A DNA stretch of 64,000 nucleotides from Selaginella moellendorffii (lineage: Eukaryota; Plantae; Lycopodiophyta), in assembly GCF_000143415.4 (NCBI RefSeq), contig NW_003314283.1, positions 129,804-193,803 of the forward strand, read 5' to 3'. The first letter of the stretch is position 1; the number at the start of each line of letters is the position of its first letter. Below, piece by piece: positions 1 to 13,800 of this stretch. The notes beneath the pieces are model-generated. The model worked only from the letters and a program-made list of their open reading frames with translations, was not told where the DNA came from and ran no database searches. The position numbers were made by a program, and so were the translations under genes.

Positions 1-426
1 TGCCAAGATGCCCTTGCTATTATGCCCCATGTGTTGGATCCATTTGGTCTTAATGATTATTTATGAAAAGTGTTTAGATTTGCTAACATAGCATATTTAT
101 AGAATGTAGAGATTGTTCTGAACATAATGGTGCTAATCTTAGCATTGGGATGCTAAATGCTCTAAGATTGCTCCTATGTCACTTGGTGTTCTTGTCTCTT
201 TACTTTATGGGCTAAATGTTTGAAAGTCATTATATCCCTTAGTTCTTTTACTTCTTGGTTATCTACTCAAGAGTTTGGCTCTATCCCTTTGTTTAATGGC
301 CTAATGCTCTGAAACTCAGGTTCTATTCTACTACTATTTGATACATAGCCAAGGGTTTGGGTTCCGCTTTGTGGTTATTTTATAGTAGATCACTATAGGA
401 TAAAAGATGAAACCACATACACTACA
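1..426 (+). mobile_element. Partial, degenerate LTR of family B (runs off the window edge)
   Basis: ~290-426 is the reverse complement of the LTR-B terminus seen at 16975 and 31050 (TGTAGCG..GGTTTT..CCTATGGTGATTTACCAT..GCGGAACC). It ends in ..CACTACA at 426. Confidence 0.7.
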
Positions 427-1522
427 TAATGGAAGAATTGATAGATTTAATGTAAAAATGGAAGTGTTAATCTCTTTAGTAATAAAAGTTGTTTGTTAGT
501 AGTTAATAAGGATATTGACATCTTTAGGAGAGGTGTGAGTGTAACATATGTAATTATGGGATAAGATTTAGATATATTGTCACCATGGATTCTTAGAATT
601 TTGGGAGATAAATGAAAATAAAATAGCCACTAAAAGCTCTCTTATCAAATAATTACCCCTTCTCCAGAAAAGAAAAATAGAGTGTGCTATATATCGGGTT
701 CAATTCTCATTGATTAATGGCTACTTAAAATATAATATACCCTTGAGCAAGATATATTCTTACCTTTAAAAATTGAAATTATACATATTAAACATCCATG
801 AGTACATATTTTTTTCTTGTAGAGCATCCACAGATGAGGGTATTCACTATAGAATTGTGGTATGGATGGATGATTAATTGCCTTACATAGAATAATTGAT
901 TTATACAATGGAAGGATTGGTAGATTCAATGTAGAAATGGAGGTGCTAGTTTCCATTTGAGTCAATAAGGGTTGTTGGTCAATAGTCAATGAGAATATTA
1001 ACATTTTTGAAGAGGGTGAATATAGTGTATGTGATCATGGGATGAGATTTGAATATATTATCACTGTGAATTCTTGGAACCTTGGGGGATAAATAGGGAT
1101 AAAATAGGCATTAAAAGTTCTCTCATCAAGCAATTGCCCTTTTTTGAATTGGCTTAAGAGGAAAGAGATAAGATGCACTACACATGGATCAATAACTAAA
1201 GTGGTGTAGAATTAAACTTGAGTGGATATCATCCATAGAAATTTAAACTCATCACAAACTCAATAGTGTAGAACTAGATTTAGATAGATATCATCAATAA
1301 AAATTCAAACTCACCTTAAACTCTTGCTTGGGAGTAATAACCTCTAAAAGAGATAGTGGTAGAATATGAGCAAGATTAAAAAGGGTGTGATAAATTTTTA
1401 ATAAGAAAATATGGAATATTAAATACAAACTCATAGATGGAGGAATAAATAACTTCAAAAGTACAAGAGAACACAAAGAAAAAGTTTAAGTATTGATAAT
1501 CCATCTTGCTATAAGAGCCTAT

Positions 1523-2650
1523 TGTAAGCGACTAAATTTTCCATTCTACTTTTGTCACTTAACCACACCTTTGACCCCTTGGAAGAGTCTCATTAACAAC
1601 CTCCTTAAGTCCCATTCAGGACTTGGGACTTGCTAGTCCCGAGAATGACATCCATGCCACTCCTCCCTTGCACTTGGTCCAAGTGCTCCACGTGTCCAGT
1701 CCCAAGACTGACACCGAAAGGTACTACTAACATATTGGCCCGTTACGCTAAGGCCATGCCCATTCACCTTTGCCGCACTAGTGGTCCAATACCACTTGCA
1801 TCACAATCCTGTCTCTCCAAAATTGGGCTGTCTGTCCACGAGTGGTCATCCCAGATCCATTCCTTAGCATCCTTAGGATGCCCACAAATATGGGGAATAG
1901 TCTTCCCCAAAATCCCTTTGTCAGTTCCTGCCAAGTCTCTTTCCCATCCATGGCCATGTTCACCAACACTGCCACTAAATTAAGGCTCGCAAGCCCGGCC
2001 ACTAAGTCCCATTGTCCTCTGGGACTTCCTCACTATGTGACCATATCCGTAGTCACATGGCCTATCCTAGAGGATTGCTCCTCCTCCTTTCCCCTATTTG
2101 GGACTTCGGGACAACATTTCGGAACACCGTGGCCCTACGTGAGCCCTGTGGGTACTCTCCCCACCTTCCGCCTTTAGGTGCTCTAGCCATGAGCTTAGAG
2201 TGAGGTTCCATTGAGCCACACCAGGTATCCAAGTAGGTAGTGCCACCCACACTTGGACTGGGAGCATCGGCCAGTCAATCTCCCAGGGGAACTAGAGCCG
2301 GCTCTTGAACACTTCACCAAGCTACCCTGCTTATCGGTCCGTATTCACTCTAGTCTTGGACTTCCCAGTGGTCAATTCATCACCCAACACTAGATTTGGC
2401 CTTCCTGGGCCAAACTGGCCTTTCCTGGGCCAAACTAGCCTTTCCTGGCCAAACTGGCTCCATTGCAGTCCTCCCCCTTACTATACTTTTGGAGCTCACC
2501 AAACCCCCCAGGGTTTGGGAGACAAACGCTTTGGGCTTTCACCCTCTTAGACTCGAACTCGGACTCGGACTCGGACTCGGACTTGGACTCAGACTCGGAC
2601 TCGGACTCGGCCTCAGTCTCGGTCTCGGCCTCGGTCTTGGTCTCGGTCCT

Positions 2651-2685
<35 letters not shown>

Positions 2686-5600
2686 TAGTCTCGGTCCCGG
2701 TCTTAGTCCCGGTCTCGACCTCGGACTCCATCTCGGGTCCTTCTCGGACTCCATCTCGGATTCCATCTCGGGTCCATCTCGGACTCCATCTCGGACTCCG
2801 TCTCAGGTCCATCTCGGACTCCATCTCAGGTATATCTTGGACTCCATCTCGGACTCCATCTCGGACTCCACCTCGGACTTTAACTCAGGTCCATCTCAGA
2901 CTCCATCTTAGACTCCACCTCGGACTCTAACTCGGGTCCATCTCGGACTCCATCTCGGACTCCACCTCGGACTCCAACTCGGGTCCATCTCGAACTCTAT
3001 CTCAGACACTTCCACGTGTCATGTGTTGGTCCTTTTGGGTCCCTTTTTGGAGCCTCGCTTATTGCTCACTTCATGCTCGTTCCTTGAGCACTCTGTTGGG
3101 AGTCCACTCTCGCTCTCAACCTTTCAAGTCAGAGCCTTTTAGTCCAAACATGTTACGCTTGTTTGGCTTTTGCTTCGGTCGCTACCACGTGGCACCCTTT
3201 CGGCTCCACTTTGGGGCTTAGGGATTTGTGTCTCACAACTCCACCACCCATAGACGAAGTTTGATGTCCTCATCAAACGGTAAACCCTTTTATAAAGTAA
3301 CATTTGCAGGTATTACCATTTCCATCTTTGGCACCCAGCCAATATTTGTCTATGGTTTGACCCCGAAGGCTCACCATGCCTTGTCCATCCTCTAAGGGGC
3401 ATAGTCTCTCCAACATAGAGACTCATTCGGCCACCTAGGGTGGTTTGCTCCCTTTTATTGGTTCAGTAACCCGTTAGAGACACCTTCTCTAACTCAATTC
3501 CACTACTCATTCTCGAGTAATCCCAACTTCTATTGATATAACTAATTCACCTTGGAACTTTTTAATTTTGACTTCTCGAAGTGTGGTTTTGACACCTTTC
3601 ATTGCACATATTGTGCAACTTCACTTCCCATCCTAGGAAGCTCCCCACTTGAGGGCACCATCGTTCTCCTTTCTATTTTATGCCACTTTTGGCACCAAGT
3701 TCCAGCCATCGTAAGTTGTGCTAGAGCTATCCACAACCCTAACTTTTGGCTACTTCGCCACTCCCACCTTTGGAGCTTTCACCTTTGCCAACTTGGACTA
3801 TTTGGGAATCCATCCTTTGAAGCACACTTCCTTTCTCAAATTCCGTTAGCATCCAACACACTAGTGTTCCATGCCTAACTTTGCCATTTGGATTCTTTAC
3901 AATGAATTCCATGGCCCACACTTGGCCACTAATCTTTTGCTTTTATCCATTGATTGTTGCACTGAGCAACATAGGAGGCTGTGGACGAAGCCCGGAGGAG
4001 AAATTGCTAAAGAGACCTATTAAGGTGAGCACTCGCTAGACTTAGCAAAGTAAAGCATTTGCCATGGAACCAAAAGGATACCTCGAGAATGGAGGTAGTG
4101 ACAACTTTGCAACCCTTCCATGGGTCTCTCCCCGAGACTACTTTCTTGGACTTACTATACTATCATATTGGCATAATTGATTTCCCTTTAGGTGTCCTTC
4201 TCACTTGGTCACCTAGACCAAGTCACACCATTATCTATAGTTCAAATCAACATTTTGAACTGGGAATCATATTCCTTAACCCAAACAAAGACATTGTCTT
4301 TGTTTAGCCACAAGATCACCTAGTGATCTCATCTTGACCCTTTAACAGGTCTACCAATAGGAACTAAGTCTTCCAAACCCTTTTAAATTGTTGACTATGA
4401 CCCCGGGGGCATCCCCCACACTTGGCGGTGCGCCCAAGCCAGCCCTTCCGGCCAAGGATCCATAGCAATTGAGACTGGGTGTCCCCATCTTATTCACCAC
4501 GTCCTTGGTGCCTTTTGCACCAAAGTGTTCAAGTTAGATATGCCGAACTTTCACTCTAAGCAATCTAACCATGCATCACGACTCCGAGGCATCCTTCGCT
4601 TGGCAGTGTGCCCAAATCAGTCTTCTCACTGAAAGTCCATGACCATCGAAATATGAGTGTCCTTATATTCCAAACCATTACCACGCCCTAGTGATTTGGG
4701 ACTCGAACCCAAGCACTAGAGGGTCGAGACTCGAACCTAACCTCCATATATGCATCTACGGATGGCATCACCCCAAATGCCTGGTGTGACTCCTCACGCC
4801 GGTGCACCATCTTGTATTTAAAGCGTACTATAGATCACAGTTTAAGAACCTAGTTCCTCCGCACTACCAAGTCCTGTGATCATGCATGGACTCCTCCATG
4901 CTTGGCCCCATGGGCCACCCCTTTTGAAGTTAGCACCTTCAACTAGGGGATTTGTTCCCCCCGACTTGCCAATCTCACTTAGCAAGTCATTCGGCCACCA
5001 TAACATGGTTCATGCATAAGCGTGAAAGTCCTTAACCATCGATTTTCGTTCAAAGCCCTCTCTTTGAACACTCGGGAATTACTTCCCCAATCTTGACAGC
5101 TTCGTCTCATGGCAAGCTTCAAAACCACGCTTCTGCTGCGCCACTCTAATTTCGCGCGTTCTATGAACCATTTACACTTGGCTAACTAGGTACTTATCTA
5201 CCTAGGGGAACGTTCAAGGAACTCTGTTCCTTGGCTTGCTAAAGCCTCTCCTTTCAAAAGTTTGCCAATTACCATATAGTCTAACATGAACAATCCCATG
5301 CTTTAGACTCTCCATGGCATCCTGGTCGCTAGTAACAACATGCTTGAGCACCCACTTGATTCTCCACTCCCAACTTGCATAACCACCCTTGGTCATACCT
5401 GTCAATTCCTATGGTTCGGTTTTATCCCTATATTACTTGCCTTTTGGCCTCATACATTTCCTTCGGTTATTCTCGTCCAGACTAGGAAGATAGCTTTGCA
5501 CTTTCTACCATGCCTTGGTAAGTATTCATAGGGATGAACCTACCCGACAGCCTAGGGAGTGATTCCTCAATCTGGGTTTGCTCACCTTGTGATCCCACAC

Positions 5601-8600
5601 ACTAGGATCACCGTTGCTACTTATGGGTATTTATACGCCCATCACTAGCCTTGCCAAAATCCCTCTTTGGCTTTGTCCAATTTGGGTAGACGGACTTCTA
5701 CTATTTCCACAACCTTGGACATTTGGATAGTACTTTCTATCCTTCATTCACTAGGGACTTTGTCCCTTGGGCATTATCCATTGCCCTCATAATACCAAAT
5801 ACCCCCTTCTAGTGTTCTAGAGTGTTTGGGTGTCCCAATGATGGCCTCTCTGACAATGAGCATTCCTTTTTCGACATTGACTTATTATGTTGCAACATAA
5901 GCAATTTATCCCTTATAAGGGTATATCGAACTTCCTTATCCTAATAAGAAGTCTTAGGTAGTTACCTTTTACCAATTTATGAATTATTTTGCACCTTTTG
6001 CTTAGTTGCCTTGTAGTTGTCAAGTTTTACAATTTATTGCTGGTGCTTCCACACCTCCATCATTATCTGGGTCACCACACTCTAACCGCATGCCTTCCAG
6101 CTTAGGCTATACTATTCCCATTTCCATTGGGATTCCTTTGGAAGGGGTTCTCATAAACCCACCAACTTGACTTCAAGGCAGCACGCCTTGGCACCTTCGG
6201 TGTCTCCACACCATTGGCTCCACGAGCCTACCTTTATGACACTTCTTACTTGTGTCCAGGTATTTTTGCCAAGACCAATATGGTTGTCTCTTAGGCCAAT
6301 TATCCATTAGCATTGCACTATAGAGTTCATGCACAAATTTTTGTCAAAGTTTTTTTCTCCCGGGAAACTCTTTCCCACGACTTTAGCATGGCACCTTCTG
6401 CCATCAATGAGATACATACTGCTCTCATGCTTGGATCTCAAGATCCTCCCCATCCTTTGTGGGGCACCACACACCTCAGTCCAAATGCTTTCCTCAAGCC
6501 CTTAAGATTATTCCTTGACTCTATTGGAGTCATTCAACCTTTCAGACTTTGTTAATTCGACGACCTATGAGGTCCTACTTTTGAGGTGCTAACTCACTGG
6601 AATACAACTCTTTGTATTCATGTCCTACTCACAAGGACCATCTTTTGCAAGTGTTACTCTGACACTTGATTTGTTCTCTAGGGGCAACCTTTCACCCTTT
6701 AGGACCACTTGTCCATGTGATGAGAATACCAACTCATCCTCTAAATACACCCCCAACTCCTTGGGTTGTTCCGGCATTTATTAGAGGTAGCTCTGGCTAC
6801 CATTTCAAGGACTTGTGTCCTTTTCTGTATTTGACCTCCCGCAGTCATTACTTCTAGTCTCCAATTCATGAGCACTAGCCTCAACTTCATGAGGGTAATC
6901 TTGTGACTCCTTTATCATTTTGGAGTCTTTATCTTCCTTGTGATCCCAACTATAGTTGTTTACCACAATTACATTAATCAGTTTGCTGAGTCAAACGCTC
7001 ATCTGGATCACATCCTCAACTCAATGAGGAAAACCTTGCACTGTTCCCAAGATCCCAAAGTCGTTCCATCATTGGCCCTTTTCTATCCACCACCTTGCCT
7101 ATAAGTTCACACGTGAACTGTAATGGAGAGCCATGTTTTCCCGACTTGCTACTCCTCAAGGATAAGCCCACTCCTAGGACCTTCCGATGCCAACACTAGT
7201 GGTGATATACTTCAGCACCAATAAAAGTCGGACTAAGGAACAGTTTCGATACCAAGTTGTAAGCGACTAAATTTTCCATTCTACTTTCGTCACTTAACCA
7301 CACCTTTGACCCCTTGGAGGAGTCTCATTAACAACCTTCTTAAGTCCCATTCAAGACTTGGGACTTGCTAGTCCCGAGAATGGCATCCATGCCACTCCTC
7401 CCTTGCACTTGGTCTAAGTGCTCCACGTGTCCAATCCCAAGACCAACACCGAAAGGTACCACTAACATATTAGCCCGTTACACTAAGGCCATGCCCATTC
7501 ACCTTTGCCGCACTGGTGGTCCAATACCACTTGCATCACAATCCCGTCTCTCCAAGATTAGGCTGTCTGTCCACGAGTGGTCATCCCAGATCCATTCCTT
7601 AGCATCCTTAGGATGCCCACAAATATGGGGAATAGTCTTCCCCAACATCCCTTTGTCAGTTCCTGCCAAATCCCTTTCCCGTCCATGGCCATGTTCACCA
7701 ACACTGCCACTAGATCAAGGCCCGTAGGCCTGGCCACTAAGTCCCATTGTCCTCTGGGACTTCCTCACCATGTGACCGTATCTGTAGTCACTACACTAGA
7801 GGACTGCTCCTCCTCCTTTCCCCCATTTTGGACTTCGGGACAACATTTCGGAACACCGTAGCCCTACGAGAGCCCCGTGGGTACTCTCCCCACCTTCCGC
7901 CTTTAGGTGCTCTAGCCATGGGCTTAGAGCAAGGTTCCGTTAAGCCATACTAGGTATCCAAGTAGGTAGTGCCACCCACACTTGGACTGGGAGCATCAGC
8001 CAGTCGATCTCCTGGGGGAACTAGAGCTGGCTCTTGAACACTTCACCAAGCTACCCCACTTGTCGGTCCGTATTCACTCTAGTCTTAAACTTCCCAGTGG
8101 TTAGTTCATCACCCAACACTGGGTCTAGCCTTCTTGGGCCAAACTGGCCTTTCCTGGCCAAACTGGCTCCACTGCAGTCCTCCCCCTTACTATACTTTTG
8201 GAGCTCGCCAAACCCCCCAGGGTTTGGGAGACAAACGCTTTGGGCTTTCACCCTCTCAGGGACTCGGACTCGGACTCGGACTCGGGCTCGGGCTCGGTCT
8301 CGGCCTCGGCCTCGGTCCCGGTCTTGGTCTTGGTCTCGATCTCAGTCTCGGTCTCGGTCTCGGTCCAGTCTCAGTCCCGGTCTCGACCTCGGACTCCATC
8401 TCGGGTCCTTCTCAGACTCCATCTCGGATTCCATCTCGGGTCCATCTCGGATTCCATCTCGGGTCCATCTCGGACTCCATCTTAGGTCCATCTCGGACTC
8501 CATCTCAGGTCCATCTCGGACTCCATTTCGGACTCCATCTCGGTCCATCTCGGACTCCATCTCGAACTCCACCTCAGACTCTAACTCGGGTTCATCTCGG

Positions 8601-8961
8601 ATTCCATCTCGGTCCATCTCGGACTCCATCTCGGACTCCACCTCGGACTCTAGTTCAGGTCCATCTCGGACTCCATTTTGGACTCCACTTCAGACTCCAA
8701 CTCGGGTCCATCTCGGACTCCATCTCAAACACTTCCACGTGTCATGTGTTGGTCCTTTTGGGTCCCTTTTTGGAGCCTCGCTTATTGCTCGCTTCATGCT
8801 CGTTCCTTTAGCACTCCGTTGGGAGTTCCACTCCCGCTCTCAACCTTTCAAGTCGGAGCCTTTTAGTCCAAACGTGTTACGCTCGTTTGGCTTTTGCTTC
8901 GGTTGCTACCACATGGCACCCTTTCGGCTCCACTTTGGGGCTTAGGGATTTGTGTCTCACA
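1523..8961 (-). mobile_element. Complete non-autonomous LTR retroelement, family A copy 1 (LARD-like)
   Basis: TG..CA-bounded LTRs at 1523-3237 and 7258-8961. TSD CCTAT at 1518-1522 and 8962-8966. Minus-strand PBS-like TGGTATCGAAAC (tRNA-iMet type) beside 7258 and PPT TGGGTGGTGGAGT beside 3237. The ~4.0-kb interior has no recognisable gag/pol. Confidence 0.92.
2550..3010. repeat. LTR-internal minisatellite: (GGACTC)n/(GGTCTC)n hexamers followed by 12-mers GGACTCCATCTC
   Basis: Directly visible. The same array recurs in every family-A LTR (~8260-8730, ~10360-10770, ~18490-18890, ~22920-23355, ~28660-29075). Confidence 0.95.
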
Positions 8962-8966
8962 CCTAT

Positions 8967-9369
8967 AGCTTCTCATATTAAGAAATAAACTAAACCTTTT
9001 ATCCAACTGAAAAAGAAAGATTAAGTTGGTAAGAATAAATAGTAATACAGTAATGAGTAGATTGAATACTAAAAAGGTGGCAATGAACTTCCTTATGAAG
9101 AGAATCCAAAGTAGTAATATAAGTAACAACAAAATCATTATGTGTAAAATTAAGTGTTAGAAGAAGTGAATATGACCAAAGCCATAATTGATGAAGAATG
9201 CAGAGTGATGTGTTGAAGAATATTAGGAATTATTATAAATGAACTCAATAGAAGTAAAGAGATCAATCCAATCATTTTGTTGATGGGAAATAAAATATTA
9301 AAGATACTACTCAAGAATTTGAGCACTATATTTGAATTGCCCATTAATTTGAAGATGCCGAGAAATTAA
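8967..9369 (-). pseudogene. Decayed gypsy integrase fragment (old element interrupted by later LTR insertions)
   Basis: Minus-strand translation gives HLQINGQ..QILE*YL and HQQNDWIDLFTSIEFIYNNS..FFINYG. This matches the HPQTDGQ / W..LP.AEFAYNNS..PF..NYG integrase core, with stops. Confidence 0.6.
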
Positions 9370-10859
9370 TGTAAGCGACTAAATTTTCCATTCTACTTTA
9401 GTCACTTAACCACACTTTCAATCACGTGGAGGTGTCTCACTTATAACTTCCATAAGTCTTATTCCCAATTTGGGGGCATGCTAGCCCTATGAATAACATC
9501 TATACTACTTAGTCTTTTCACTTAGCCCAAGTGCTTTATATGTTTAATCCCACTATATACACCTAAAGGTATTATTGAAATATCAACCCGTTACATTAAG
9601 GCTATATTTATTCACCTTTGTCTCATTGGTAATCCAAGACCACCCATACCATAGACCCATCTCCCAAAGACTAAGCCATCCATCCATGAATGATCATCCC
9701 CTAACCACACCTTAGCACCTTTAAGATGCTTGGAAACATGGGGAACACTCTTCCCCAATATCCCTCCATCAATCCCTATTAAGTCCCATTCTGTCCACAG
9801 CCAACATCGCCATTAAGTTAGGGCCCAAAGGACTAACTACTAAGTCCCATTGACCCTTGGGACTTTCTCACCACGTGACCATGCCCTTGGTCACTACACA
9901 AAAGGACTATTCTTTTCTTTTTACAATCCATGATTTTGGGACAACATATTGTAGTCCTACATGAGCCTTATGGGTACTCTCCCCACCTTTTGCCTTTGGA
10001 TGCTATAGCCATGTGGCTAAAGCGAGGTTTTGATAAAACACGTTAAGTATCCAAATAAGTAGTGCCACCACACTTGGATTGGAAGCATCGACTAATCAAT
10101 TTCCCTGGGGAGCTAAAGTCAGCTCTTGAACATTTCACTAAGTTACCCCACTTATCCATCCATGTTCACTCTAGCTTTGGGCTCCTCAATAGTTATATCA
10201 TCACCCACCAAATGGGTATAATTTTCTTTGGTCACATTGACATTTCCTAGTCAAACTGATTCCATTGGAGTCCTCCCTTCACTATCCTTTTGGAGCTCAC
10301 TAGACTCCCTAGGGTCTGGGAGACAATCACTTTGGGCTTTCACCATTGAACTTAGCCTCAGACTCGGACTTGGACTTGGACTCAGACTTGGACTCGGACT
10401 CAGACTTAGACTTGGTTTTGGATTCAGTCTTGGTCTCGGTCTCAGTTTCAGTCTTGATTTAAGACCCAGTCTTGGTTTCCATCTTGGACTCAACTTTGGG
10501 CTCCATCTCAGACTCTATCTTGGACTTCATCTTGAACTCTTTTTTGGACTCCTTTTTAGACTCCATCTCAGATTCCTTCTCAGACTCCTTCTCGGACTCC
10601 ATCTCAAACTCCTTCTCAGACTCCATCTCAGACTCCTTCTTGGACTCCATCTTGGGTTTATCTCGGACTCTTTCTCGGACTACATCAAAAACTCTATCTC
10701 AACTTGGACTCTATCTCGGACTCCTTTTCGGATTCCATCTCGAGTCCATCTCAGGCCCATCTCGGACTTGGTCCTAACACTTCCACATGTCATGTGTTGG
10801 TCCTTTTGTGTCCCTTTTCTAGAGGCTTTCTTATTGATCGCTTCGAGCTTATTCCTTCA

Positions 10860-13800
10860 AATCGGCTACTTGTCGACCTCTTTTCGTTCTGGCAGGCTCA
10901 CGAGTCTGTTCCTTACTACATCACTTGGTTTCAAGCATACTGGAAGTAGTGTTGGGATCATAGAGTGGTCCAAGATGAGCAGCAAAGGATCACGACATTC
11001 ATAGCGGGTTTGTGTGAGAACTTGCAGCGGAAACTTCTTAAAAAGACATTTAAGTCTTGCCACGAGGCATTTTTGTTTGCCACAAAGCTGGAAAAAGAGC
11101 TTCTTATCGACCTGGGAATTGCTAAAGTTGATTTCGACCAAGCCATCACCCCGTCAGAGTCATTTTGTGCAGCTTTTCACCTGTCCACACCAAAGCCTGT
11201 CGCTATTGAGCATACACCTCTGGCTATTGAGAACTTTGCCAACAAGATGTGGTAGTTGAAGGAGATCATTCTCCAGCAACAATCACACCATGATAAGCTG
11301 CTCTAGGAGCTAGTGGAGTCTAGGAAAGAGGCTGCTGCAGCTCGGGAATGCAAATTCAAGTCCCGTTAGTGCACTCACCACGAGACAAACACACACAACA
11401 CACAGCGCTACTTCAAGCTTCACCCAGAGCTTCAGCCTCCACCTTTTCAATGTGTCCAACAACATGCCTTTGCTGACAATTCCACATCGTCTTGGGGTCC
11501 AGAGACATATCAGGAGCAGTTGGAGTAACAGGCAATTGGGGCAGCCCCTTCATCAAACAAAGGCAAAGCACTAGCCTTATCGGTTAACATGATTTTGGTA
11601 GCTAAGGATATCTATAACCAACAGCAGCAAACCACAGCCACTCGAGCCCAAGTGAAGAAGAAGGTAGCCGCTCAGCCTATCATAGATCCCCTTGCATCAA
11701 TTGAGAGTGAATCTCTGTCAGCACCAAATCCAGTGACATAGAGGGTGGCTTGTAAGCTCCCCTTCAAGTCACTACTCTCTTCTCCTCCTGAGATCTCACC
11801 AACAGCTATTCCTGTTCCAGAGTCAGTTCTTCAATAGCTGGTTGACACTCCCGTCACCTTTCCGCTCTAAGACATGTGCCTTGTCCTGGGATTCGGCCAG
11901 TGTTTAGAGGAGTTTGCATGGTCAGGAACACTAGAGAGCACTCTCAAGAGGACTCCTCAAGAGGTGCACATTGTCAACATGACAAAATATGGTGGAGATC
12001 CTAGTCCATTCTTCGTCCCGGTGCAGATTGGTACTTCCTCTTGTCAGATGGATCCTTTGGTTGACTCTGGTTTTGGAAGCAATATTATCTTTCTTGAAGC
12101 TACCCTTTCAGCATAGTTACAAATCACTAAGAGCTCCTTCATCGTGCTCAAGACCTTCACCAACCACACTATTCCTCCAGCAGGCATTTGCTGTGGTGTC
12201 AAGGTCTTAGTGCAAGGTGTTATTTTTGAGGTAGATTTCCTCATGGTTAACTACCAATGTCTTGGAATGTCCTTTTTGAAGGACTCTATCATCCTTGGCT
12301 ACTCATGGCAAGTCATAGCCCATTGCACCATTGAGAGCGCGCAAGGCAAGATGGAAATTAGCGATGGAACTCATAGCACCACCTTTCTCAACAACCATGG
12401 TAGAGCTCTTTCTTAGCAAGCCCAAGAGGCTCAGACTAAAGTGGTTTCCACACCACACTTTCCTCCTGAGCTCATAGAGGTTTTTCCCAAGTTGGCAGTA
12501 GAGTCGACCATCTATATGACGAATGCTTTCTCATACAATGTGATCGACATTGTTGGAGGTGAGTCAGATAGCTTGAGACATCTTTCAGCCTCACTCTCTT
12601 TATTTGAGAGTAAGGCCAAGCCTCTAGCCACACCCTCTTTATTTGATGGCAGGGCTTATAGGTACGGGCTCCCATATCCAGCTTTTTAGAGTGTTTCTTG
12701 ATAGAGGAAGGGCTTCTCAATTCATTTCTTGCATGGGACCAACTCTCTCTTATGGAGCTTGATGATACAGTCACTTTATACCAGGTCCATCTTTCACAGG
12801 ACACAGCCGAACTCAATCCTCCTCAGCAACTATTTGAGGTGTCACACAGCCAGCATCTTCCTACTAAAATCACGGTAGCTGATGACTCTGAGTGTATTTT
12901 GTCATGCCATTTTTTGGAGACAAAGGATGACATCTAGACACACAATTGGCAGAAAGAATTAAGCCAATCAGACGTGCTACATGCAAGTTATAGCTCTTTG
13001 AGTTTAGAATTTCCTACCATGGAGCTCCCAATACAGATCCAAGTGTATTACATTGAAACTTTAGCACCAAACTTGGACTCGACTTTAGTGGAGGACCTTC
13101 CTTCACTTGCGAAGTACTTGGTTACTATCCTCACATCTGATATTCAGCGTTTAAGTGCTTAGAGCATTAGAAGTAAAGAGAACAATAGACAAAGACTCTG
13201 GATCCAACAACAACGTTCTTACCCAACTTGCTAGAGATAGTCTTGCCAGATGTGGTGTCCCTAGCATCTTTATTCAAAGAAGAGGACACTCTTATGATTA
13301 CAGCTTATTTTGATGGTGCTTTCTACCCCCAAAACTAGGTTGTTGGCATTGGAGTTTGGATGATTGATTTTGTGGAGAACAAAGTAGCCGACCTCTCTAT
13401 CACTTTACTAGCAACATTAGCTAATGAAGTAGAGTACTTGGTAACTATCAGTGCTATGAAGTTGGCCATAGATCTCAAGTTTAGGTGAGCCACTTTCATT
13501 GGAGATGCACAACTCATCATATGCCAACTTACTGGAGAATACCAAGTCCGCAAAGAGAACCTTAAAGAGCTATGGCAACGGGCGGTCAACCTAAAGGATG
13601 AGTTCTCTCAAGTGACTTTTCAAAGTGTTCCTCATGAAGAAAACTTTTGGGCAGATAGGTTATCACATCAAGCAATCACCATGATGCGAGAGGCAAAAGG
13701 CACTCCCTACTCTTTGGTTTCCAAAGTCAGGGAGGAATCTAAGATAGATGAGCCCCTTGAGCCCAAGGTTTCTCCAGACTCCAGGGTTCATGCCGTTTTC

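Noticed and set aside
430-1522. Continuation of the decayed gypsy pol left of family-A copy 1
   Set aside because: Plausible because the TSD joins it to 8967-9369, but the motifs are too eroded to annotate.
2396-2930. Long LGLGLG / SDSDSD / SRTP-repeat ORFs (also 8034-8945, 10228-11004, 22660-23655, 28328-29106)
   Set aside because: They are translations of the stop-free 6/12-bp LTR minisatellite and are open in several frames on both strands.
7378-7397. ATGGCATCCATGCCA in family-A LTRs, resembling the transposon palindrome arms
   Set aside because: The spacer differs (no 6-bp core) and there is one copy per LTR, so it is probably coincidental.
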